This document shows, one piece after another, positions 1-10,027 of a stretch of DNA of 64,000 nt. The notes under the pieces were generated by a model. That model was not told where the DNA came from. It saw only the letters and a list, made by a program, of their open reading frames with translations, and searched no databases. A program made the position numbers and the translations under genes. The stretch spans positions 19,902,001 to 19,966,000 of the forward strand of contig JBHGNT010000014.1 of NCBI GenBank assembly GCA_043228905.1, read 5' to 3'. The DNA comes from Azolla caroliniana. Its lineage: Eukaryota; Plantae; Polypodiophyta. Within the stretch, counting starts at the first letter, position 1, and each line of letters begins with the position of its first letter.

Positions 1-326
1 ACCGAGCTCCTTCGACAATGGGCTAGCACACACATTGTTACTCACGCCTACGCTCTTACAACTATGCTACACCACCAAGGATTACAGACACATAGTAGAT
101 TAACTATAGATACGCATAGATATCAGAGGAGATAGAACTCTATTAAGATACGTCTTTTACATTTAAAATTACACACTGCCTCTATCAGAGGTTTTCTGCC
201 CTTTATATATGGCAGGGTCTTTTAGCCATTCACGCTTCTCGCGTGAACCGTTTACATGCGTTACAATATTACTCTATTCCATATTACTGTGCTCTTGTCC
301 GTTGGTTACTATTCCGGCAAACAACA
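1..326 (-). mobile_element. Probable LTR fragment in reverse orientation, truncated by the window edge
   Basis: Ends in ...GGCAAACAACA at 326 (TGTTG start on the minus strand). A TATA-like CCCTTTATATATGGCAGGG lies at ~199-217. No TSD is testable within the window. Confidence 0.4.
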
Positions 327-952
327 TGTGGAAATGGTAAGGTTTGAGACTTGTAAAATGGATGTTGTTGGTTCAAGTCCTCTCTTGCCAATGTAATATA
401 CTATATGGTGCACATTTAGTACATTTCATGGTTTAAACCATACAATACTACTTCAAAAAAAACAAGAATTTTATATACATTACAAGTATAGGCTAAATGG
501 TAAGGTTTGAGTGTCACAAGGTGGGGGTTGTTGGTTTAAGTCCTCTTTCGCCCATGAAAGGCAATATTTTTCTCTTTATTTGTCTCTACATATAATGTAT
601 AATATTATCATTGTGTTTTGTTCGTATGATCCTTATGTATAATACACTATCAAGATTCTTTTAGTTATGTATTTATCTTATTTGACGGGAACTCAACGCT
701 CCTTATCCGCAACGCTCGGCCACAACCGAGCTTAGAATCATACACAGAAAAACGGGAAATAATAGACGACACAAAGAAGGGGAGAGTACACAAGAGGTTT
801 ACGTGGAAAACCCCAAACTAGGGAAAAAACCACGACAGTCCACAGGCTGCAAACTGTCACTATGTAAGAATGTACAATAGTGAGTTCACGGAGGCAACGA
901 CCTCGTGCTCACAATCTTCGCCACAAACGGCGGTTACAACTGAGGCAGCGAC

Positions 953-956
<4 letters not shown>

Positions 957-1012
<56 letters not shown>
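957..1012. repeat. (CT)n microsatellite inside the solo LTR
   Basis: About 27 CT units, read directly. Confidence 0.95.
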
Positions 1013-1015
<3 letters not shown>

Positions 1016-1192
1016 CACTGTCACGCGCACTAATCTCGTGCAAAACAAGAATGACAACAACAACTACATCACACACAATAAGTTTGCCCTAAGTCATATT
1101 TATACTAATATGACTTTTCGGCTATTTACAAATATAGCCTCGATGGGCTCTTAGAAACATATTTATGAATATGTCTCTCCATCCGGAGAGCG

Positions 1193-1519
1193 CTTCTCAC
1201 TGGGTCTGCACCATCCGGCTCTCCGTAGCCGGGTACTCCTCATCCAGTTCTCACCGGGTCTGCACCATCCGGCTCTCCGTAGCCGAGTACTCCTCATCCG
1301 GTTCTCACCGGGTCTGCACCATCCGGCTCTCCGTAGCCGGGTACTCCTCATCCGGTTCTCACCGGATCTGCACCATCCGGCTCTCCGTAGCCGGGTACTC
1401 CTCATCCGGTTCTCACCGGGTCTGCACCATCCGGCTCTCCGTAGCCGGGTACTCCTCATCCGGTTCTCACCGGGTCTGCACCATCCAGCTCTCTGTAGCC
1501 GGGTACTCCTCATCCGGTT
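1193..1519. repeat. 54-bp tandem repeat, ~6 copies, in LTR U3
   Basis: Unit GGGTCTGCACCATCCGGCTCTCCGTAGCCGGGTACTCCTCATCCGGTTCTCACC starts at 1202, 1256, 1310, 1364, 1418 and 1472. It gives the 18-aa periodicity seen in the ORF track. Confidence 0.95.
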
Positions 1520-2299
1520 TCGGCCTCGGCCGAGTTTGTTCATGGGCACTGTTCTTCTCTCTTCCCATCCGGAGGGACCTATCTCCCAACATTATTGTAG
1601 ACTTTTAATGTGAAGCTTTCATACTTCACGACAATGCACAGGTGTCGAGAAAACTAATTTATTTACTCGACTTTTGCCAAACATGTTTCACAATGTTCTT
1701 GGTTAGAATTCACGATTACAATCAGGCTTAAACAATGGCCCAATATGGAACATGCCTTTGGCACCTTATCTCGTTCATCCACATGTAGGGTCTTTGGCCT
1801 GCTATATTACACATTTCAAGAGAGACAAAAAATGTATCATCATATGTAGTTATTATGTGACAAACAACCCATAACAATATAGTCTAATGTTGTTTTTGAC
1901 AAATATATGCATATCCTTGCATTGCATCAATATGTGATTTGAGGTTCCAATGGGAGGAACGAAAGAGTTGAAACCACCTTCGTATGCACAACTATTGTAT
2001 TTCATTCTTGTAATTGTATGTTGAACAATGCCTCGAGGTAGCCAACATGGTTGAGCCTTGAGATCCACCATGAAAATTCGAAATAGAGATTAGGTAAAGA
2101 CACTTTGTGCCACCCCCATGGTTTTTAAACACCTTAGCATTACCAAAGTACCTTGATTCTCAAAACTTATCTCATATGTCTAGAGGTGTATCAACATGAG
2201 AGAATTTCTCAAATATTGTTTACCCAAGCATAGTTCAAACACTATCTTTTTTCATTAGAATGATTGCCTAATTTTTCCCAATTCATACATCACAATGGC

Positions 2300-5220
2300 T
2301 CACATCATATGACGTGGCCATGAGATCCTCCTATTTGGAGATTGTGGCACAAGCAAACACCTTTATTATTATTCTTGCTGTGACATATTCTCATGTACTT
2401 AGCTATGTCATACATTTCACCTTAGTTGGGTTTTCGAAATCTTTGACATCTAATGGAACCTGAGTTTCACTTGTCTCATACATGGATGACATCCACTACG
2501 ACCACATGGTAAACTATCTAAAGTCGTGAAACTATATTCGAGAGATAAGAACGAAATAATCAAAGAAATTTTTACCCCTTGGCTCATTAGATGTGAGTCT
2601 TATTTTCTACACAATAATTATGACCTTGAAAACCTTGAAGATGAAGTTGAGATTTTACATCGTTATAAACACCTGGCTTATGTGGCTAATTAGTCACAAC
2701 ATGTTGGGAAACACAAAACAGCCAATGAATTCTTTGAAACTACACTAAGCAACTTAGTCTTTTGTGTGCATCTAGAAAAGAAGGATCACGTGTTACAACA
2801 AAGCCACAAGCTCTAACAAAAGCCAAATGCAAAATATCAAAGTGACTTCACAATCTTGTCAACCTCATTGGGACCAAATGATTTTCTATCTTTGAATTGA
2901 CTTATCAATGGATCTTCAAGGTAGCCATTTATTCGATGTGTATATTTTGATTCTTTTTTGTACATCTTTTTATAAGAGTTCAAATATGGTTTTCTAGAAA
3001 ATTTCCACCAACACCACCTAATGTTGACCATATCTTGATATTGTACATAGTGTTGCACTTGTTTCTATTCCTTCATATTGACTTAATCAGTCAAACGAAG
3101 ATGAGATCGCTCATCAACTTGAGGATTCTTTATGAATGACATACATTTGTTATAATATGACACTCTAGGATGTGTTGGGTCTATTTGATGTGAAATATGA
3201 TGGATCATGGTGATTATGTATCAATTATCCTCATTTGAATAAAGCCTTGTCATACCATCTTGAATTAGAATTTTACGACAATCATGTTTTGACATTAGTG
3301 GCTTAAGATGATGCTCTCCATTAGATCGCTTAAGATGATTTGTCAATATAGTTGTCAATGCCTTAGGTCGTATTCATGAGGTCAACATGATTACCTTCAT
3401 TAACAATCTATCTTTGAATTGACTTATCAATGGATCTTCAAGGTAGCCATTTATTCGATGTGTATATTTTGATTCTTTTTTGTACATCTTTTTATAAGAG
3501 TTCAAATATGGTTTTCTAGAAAATTTCCACCAACACCACCTAATGTTGACCATATCTTGATATTGTACATAGTGTTGCACTTGTTTCTATTCCTTCATAT
3601 TGACTTAATCAGTCAAACGAAGATGAGATCGCTCATCAACTTGAGGATTCTTTATGAATGACATACATTTGTTATAATATGACACTCTAGGATGTGTTGG
3701 GTCTATTTGATGTGAAATATGATGGATCATGGTGATTATGTATCAATTATCCTCATTTGAATAAAGCCTTGTCATACCATCTTGAATTAGAATTTTACGA
3801 CAATCATGTTTTGACATTAGTGGCTTAAGATGATGCTCTCCATTAGATCGCTTAAGATGATTTGTCAATATAGTTGTCAATGCCTTAGGTCGTATTCATG
3901 AGGTCAACATGATTACCTTCATTAACAATCTAATTAATATGATTAGTTTCGAGGAAAGTACCTTGATGACATTTTTCTTTTAAAAAATCATTGTCAGGAG
4001 TTGAATCTATTATAGATGTTATTTGACTCTACATCCTCAAAGGGGATCTTCCACATTGCTCACGATCTACTCAAATGTATTGGAAAGGTTTTTGTTCTAA
4101 ATTCATCTATGGTGAAAACGAGAATTCGTTTTTGCACCCTCACTAAGGCATCTTGGAATATGTCACACTTGTTATCATCTCTACTCATTTCTTTTTACCT
4201 CAAATGCACCCTAATATTAATGATTAGGTTACTAACGATATAATGAGTCGACTACTCTATTTGAAACTAGAAACTACCTTGAGCATGGGCTCCATAGACT
4301 AATATCAATGTAATGGACCAATCAAACAAGTGTCCAGATCAATGAGGATTTGCTTCGAGCTTATCGGAAACATAACTTCCTATTATGGAGTTTTCTCCAC
4401 ACGTACATCAATTGGATATAATCCTTTGATGCTAAAAGTACAATTTTGGCCACGAATCTTGATCGATGTTAACATCATTCTGATGAGTTATACACAACGT
4501 CAACTATCTAAGGAAGATGCAAACATATGTTGTGTATTGTATGAGACAAGCAGCAACTGCTAAAGACAATGTGGTTTTATGCCAACTTACACGATTTTAT
4601 TTAACCCTAGGTAGAATGTATATTTCTAAACTCAAAGAATTTGCCTAGGGGTAAATGCTATAAATTTGTCCCACAAGTTTGTGGGCCTTTCAAATTCCTC
4701 AAATGTATTGGATTATTTGCGTTATTGATCAATCTTTTGGTTGGCAAAATACATCAAACAACACTTCCCTCTAATAGTCATCGCAAGAGTGCAATCTTTT
4801 TAAGTGGGAGAGTATATTACATGTATAACCATAACTGATCACGAGATAGGTTTTCCATATTTTCCCCTAATCGTATGATGAGTATGTGTAACTTGATTCC
4901 ATAAAGAATGAGGTTATAAATAAAATTACAATTCTACGTTGTGAGATAACTATTGTCTTATTACTTCACCACTTTACATGAAGTTGTCAATTATGTGAAT
5001 ACACTAGGGCCTATAGTTTTTGCCTATATAAAAAGGTTAGCTACCTTCTTATTAAACCCTTGTTGAGATTATATTAGTGTGGATGTAGTTCTTGTTAGCC
5101 AAGCACGTGTGATCCTCGCATAAGCCAAGCCACAACTCACATAAACACTCAACTGTATGGGACATCGAGGAGGTTCAAGTCTGTCTCGTGCCGTGAGTAG
5201 GGCCCATCGATTGGTTTGAC
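2300..5220 (+). mobile_element. Degenerate Ty3/Gypsy (chromovirus-like) relic with PPT and 3' LTR
   Basis: Decayed RT start (K-DGSW-LCINY-HLNK at ~3193-3245). Integrase C-terminal PQVCGPFKFLKCIG in ORF 4641-4838. Purine tract AAGTGGGAGAG at ~4802-4812, followed by an LTR-like segment ending TTTGACA at ~5221. Boundaries approximate. Confidence 0.65.
2885..3932. repeat. Perfect 522-bp tandem duplication
   Basis: Copies start at 2885 and 3407. The identical ORFs 2837-3058 and 3374-3580 have start positions (3058, 3580) 522 apart. TCTA microhomology at 2885, 3407 and 3929. Confidence 0.95.
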
Positions 5221-5430
5221 ATCCCCTTTCCTTGGTTTGCTCTATAATTCCTTATATTTTGCTTAAATAATTAGTTAGACTTTAACGGTCGTACTTTAAT
5301 AAAACCGTTGCCCCTACCGTTCCTCTACCCTAATTCCCCCATGCTCCCTCAACTATGTCCTATCCTTGGAAGACTTCCATTTGGACTTGCACGATTCAAA
5401 TTCTTGAAATTGCCATTAACAAAAAATGGA

Positions 5431-5588
5431 CACCCATTAGGTTAAGGGTGTTGTCAAGTACCTATCATACACTTCATTTCCACATATCTCCACAATATAG
5501 GCGATTTCATCTTCTTGACCTCCTCATTTTAAGACTTGACAACGCCCATTAGGCTAAGGGTGTGTCAAGTACCTATCGTACACTTCAT
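5431..5588. repeat. ~46-bp direct repeat, 2 copies
   Basis: CCCATTAGG(T/C)TAAGGGTGT(T)GTCAAGTACCTATC(A/G)TACACTTCAT at ~5433 and ~5545. Confidence 0.8.
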
Positions 5589-6080
5589 AAACTTTGACAC
5601 CTTTGTATGAAGTTGATTATAATGGCAATGAAAAGTTGTGTGGATTACGTTATATGTACCTTTTAGTCGTTCAATTTTGTTTAAGTATACAAATTAACTT
5701 ATTTAAATAATAAGTATTGAGTGCAGGAACTTTGAAACAATGCTTGCCTTGGTAATGGTGATTAACATTATCAATAGTAAGCTTAGGGAGAGTCTGACAC
5801 TCTTATCTATCCACATCACCAACATTAGAATAGACATTTGTTTGGCCCTACCTAATTATTGAAGTGTGGAGCAAAGAGTCCAATGACGAAGAAGTGTATT
5901 TGGTAGGAAACACAAAAACCCACACAAATGCTTTTCTATTTGATGCACTTGTATGAATTAAAATTATCTAGGCCTTATTTACATGCATATATGTACATAA
6001 TATATATATATATACATGCATACATACATACAATTATTGTGGTTCTTTAAATTTTGATTGGTTATATAAACATATGTATA

Positions 6081-7269
6081 CAGTAGACATTTGGTTAAGT
6101 GTGCGTCCACTTAAGTGTACCATTCTATTAAGTGCGCTTTTTTTAGAGGTCAAAATCTAGATCAAAGAAATTCCATTGTTTCATGATGAAATTACATCAA
6201 ACCAAATTGAAATTTGTTCCAAACATTTAGAAAACAACAAAATGATCGACAAAAACATGATTTGTAAGTCGTTTTCTACTTCATACCTATGTTACGAAGA
6301 GAAGGAGATGATGGTTGTTCCACTAACTCCCAAATTTGTAGCCTTTGTTCATCATTCAAACGAAGCCCAACACCTCGCTTATGGGTTGAATTCATCTCTG
6401 TAATATGCAATGCTAATTAGCTAAATTCACCTCAATATTTCGTCCCCAACCAATAAAGTGTAGATGTACAAAAATCTTTTCAAGGTTTTTGTACTTTTAA
6501 TGCATACGACCTTATTTAAGTTACAAATAGCTTAAAATTCATAGACGAATGAATTGTGTCTTCTCCAATTAAGTTGGAGTATTATCCATCAAGGAGGCAC
6601 ACATGTTGGGATGTGGATACAATCTTGACCTAATTTGGTCGAAACTTTGCTTTGGAACAAGACTGATGTTGTGCAATGTGAACCACAAAATGGATTGAAC
6701 TTAGATATTCTAATGCTACCATTAAATAGGTTTGGCATGGGTCTATGAAGAGAAAGCTACTAATCGATTAATAGCTTATTATGTGGACATATGTACATGA
6801 AGGGAAAGCCATCAATCAATTTTGTGGATTCAAAACCCTACTTATGGATATTTTTCTTACCCTATTTCAGCCAAATATGTGGATTATTTCTCCTAAACCA
6901 CATGCCATATCAACCACAACCAAATATGTGGATATCAAACTAAAGAAATCATGCACAATTTCCAAACAATTAACACATTTCCATCTGAATTATGCACAAA
7001 ATTAGAACCTCCCTTCTCTTCCTTCCATCATATTCATTCACAAGTCATTGACAAAAAAACAGACAGAGAACTGAAGACAAATTTAGGAGCAAGAACGTGG
7101 TGAGTGACGTGGATTTGAGTAGCAACGGGCTGATTAAAGAAGAAGAGAGGATCTTTGTGATGGTTATTGGGGATGCTCTTTCTACGAAAGAGAAGAGAGA
7201 ACAAAATTGGGGGAAGAAAAAATTGCACTTTCCTTGCATTCAAAGTGCGCACTTAACCGAATGTGTACG
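6081..7269. mobile_element. Tc1/mariner-pogo-like DNA transposon relic (~1.19 kb)
   Basis: Left TIR CAGTAGACATTTGGTTAAGTGTGC versus reverse complement of the right end C-GTACACATTCGGTTAAGTGCGC. TA dinucleotide on both flanks (6079-80, 7270-71). Subterminal TTAAGTG(C/T) repeats. No intact transposase. Confidence 0.7.
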
Positions 7270-8599
7270 TATACACACACACACACACATGTATATATTT
7301 CTTTGTGATATAATGTTTAAAAACCCCTAAAAAGCACATATAACGAGAAAACGTAATGTCTTGGACTCTAGTGTACCTTGCAATATTTCTAACATGTGTA
7401 TGAAATTTCAACATTGCAAATTATATGCTTAGAAGTTTTTATATGTGTGCATTCTGCACGTGCAAATTTTTTATAACAAGGAAAGTTCTATGCCTTTCAA
7501 TAAAAAATAAAATTTCTCCTGAACAAAGCAGTTTTCTATTGAGGTTTGGGGGAGTTTTTGCTCTCTAGTCTCAATTTATCACAAGTATTTATACATGTCA
7601 CACAAGGGCAATGCAAAGGTATTCCATTTATTTTGTTTTGGAAAAAAGAAGAAGGTATTCCATATTTTCTATTATGTTTTGTATCGTCTCCAAGAACATT
7701 CCATAACCTACTCCATTTTTAAGCATTGATTCTTTAGATATAATATGGTTGTATATGCATCATTAATATATAAACCCAACTCCATTTTAAGCATTGATTC
7801 TTCCTTTAAATATAATGCAGAAATGTATGCATAGTTTGTATATAATACTCAAAATGAGATTTTAAATCGTGATGTTTTGGAATGTACGAAGATTGCAAAT
7901 GCACAAGAAACTTAATTGAGGTGGTTGAAGAACTGCATCGAAGAGATACACATCCAATCAAAAAGCTAGACATGAACACGGTTTCACCCTTTTCGAGCTA
8001 GCTCGTGCATGCATATTCATAGTAAGGCCTATATGCCCTACAAAAGTTATATGTACGTAATGTTTTCTTTTGCCTTCAAAAGTTTCACTTTTTTCCAGCT
8101 AATCCAGAAACCGAAATTTGTTTGTTTATACTCAACCAACTATCCTAGTTCAAAATAAAAATAATGGGGGTCCAATAGCCTCACAAAGGCAAAAGAAAAT
8201 AAAAAGATTGCGGAAATTGAGGAAGGCTCGAGAAATTTTATAGGGCCATCATTGTTCTTGTCTCCTTGATGGTTAACAAGATTATATTTTCTCTTGAGGC
8301 CGTCCTTTCTCAACCTTTATATTTCATAGTCTAGAAGAGCGGATGGCACCTTGAAGATAGGTTGAACGAGGTTTGTAATAAGCCACAGAAGCTTGCATGT
8401 ACTTTATGACAATATTATGACTCTTAGAAGTACTTATCCATAATGTTTTGTGTTCTATGAATTAACAATCTAGTTGCCTAATATTGGGCACTTAGGCACA
8501 TGTTTGTGGGTATGTCAAAAGAAATATATGACAAAGAAGACAAATCAAAACCCCAAGCATTGCATGGCACTAACTACCCCCCACAAACACTCCAATTTG

Positions 8600-8950
8600 A
8601 CATGTATAAGTAACACCCAAGTTTTCAAACTCAACAGTGGATTCAAGAACAAGATCTATAAAGCCATAACTTTTAAAGAGACTTCAACAACATGTATTAG
8701 AAACACCCAAGTTTTCAAACTCAACAATGGATTCTAGAACATGATCTATATAGCCATATCTTTTAACGAGACAACAACAACGTGTCTTCGTAACACCCAA
8801 GTTTTCAAACTCAACAATGGATTCTAGAACAAGATCTATAAAGCCTTATCTTTAACAAGAATTTGACAACATGTATTAGCAACACCCAAGTTTCTTAACT
8901 CAACAATAGATTCTAGAAAAAGATCTATAAAGCCATATCTTTAACAAGAC
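8600..8950. repeat. 90-bp minisatellite, ~4 copies
   Basis: AACACCCAAGTTT at 8612, 8702, 8792 and 8881, each followed by CTCAACA..GATTC.AGAA..GATCTATA.AGCC. Confidence 0.9.
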
Positions 8951-9572
8951 ACCATTGGAGTTCTTGAGACTCGATCATTGTAATTTCTTGTTCTTTCAAT
9001 AAACCATAAAACCACTCCAATTGATGGTGTGTTTCTACTGGAAATTTGAACTGCAGTTGTATCTAAACCTCTCTCGACCGACAATGAAAATGAGTTACGG
9101 ATATCATGACGAACAAATCACCGCTCAGCCATAGCACAAACAAAGCACTAAATAATAGGCATTCCATCGAGAAAGTGTCAATGATTGTACCAAAAGACAT
9201 AATACAACAAAGGCAGTAATTATGAAGGGATCGAGAAGCCAACAAGGCCGTAATACTCTGCTCTTTCGACGCCGCAAAACCATCATTAACAACTTCAGAA
9301 CCATGTGGACATTAGGGAACCATCACATGCAAAATCTCTTTCTAGATCCATCAGAAAAGGAACAGAACAAAAGGGAAAGTGTAACTTTCTTCTTCATTAA
9401 GTAAAACAAAAAAAAGGGCATGTCCAACAAGAAGCAAGGCAGAGGGCAGCAAAAAGGTTCTGACACAGAAATATGTATGGGAAAACCCATAATTACATAT
9501 ATATGTAGAGAAAGTGAAAGTGAAAAAACAAAAGTATGTAGAGAAAACGACAAAACAAAATTAAATTAGCTA

Positions 9573-9642
9573 CAGTCAATGCCCGAACCACTACAGAGAT
9601 TTGGGGGGGGGATGGGGGGGGGTAGTGGTGCGTTCTTGACTG
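9573..9642 (-). promoter_or_regulatory. HD-ZIP IV 3' UTR conserved bipartite stem-loop element
   Basis: mRNA sense reads CAGUCAAGAACGCACCACUAC (9642-9622), a C-rich loop, then GUAGUGGUUCGGGCAUUGACUG (9594-9573). The second arm resembles the GGTGGTTCGGGTATTGACT-type motif known from seed-plant HD-ZIP IV 3' UTRs. The two arms base-pair. Confidence 0.85.
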
Positions 9643-9874
9643 TTTGTTCATTCTTTCTTTTTCTCTACTGACAAACCCTAATTTGCTGCCCAACAAAGAA
9701 GATGAATCAAAATGGCCTCCGTAACTATCATGATTTGATGGGTGGGTCTTTGAGGGAGATATCAACATATGTCAGTTTTGCTTGAAAATATGTTGATTTC
9801 CCCTCAAAAAACTGATGATACTAATAATGGATGTGCATGATAGATGAGGAGGCCATATCTAGCATATAGTAGTA

Positions 9875-9906
<32 letters not shown>

Positions 9907-10027
9907 GTCTCCTTTGAGTTTTTGTGATGGCAAAACGCACAAAAAAAATTAATATCAGACTTCCAGCTCCCATTAGAAGTTCTGCTCCGCCAGCATGTGG
10001 TGATCAAATAATGATCCCAACCAACAT

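Larger units (their letters stand above)
683..1591 (-). mobile_element. Ty1/Copia-type solo LTR (909 bp) with 5-bp TSD
   Basis: TG...CA termini with a short inverted repeat (TGACGGGA / TCCCAACA). Perfect TTATT TSD at 678-682 and 1592-1596. Contains TTTACGTGGAAAACCCC...GGGAAAAAACCACG (~798-834), typical of reverse-oriented Copia U5. TATAAAT on the minus strand at ~1099-1105. Confidence 0.85.

Noticed and set aside
1163-1608. 128- and 147-aa ORFs with 18-aa repeats; the array superficially resembles CRISPR or a repeat protein
   Set aside because: They are translations of the 54-bp LTR tandem repeat. There are no unique spacers, and the context is a eukaryotic LTR.
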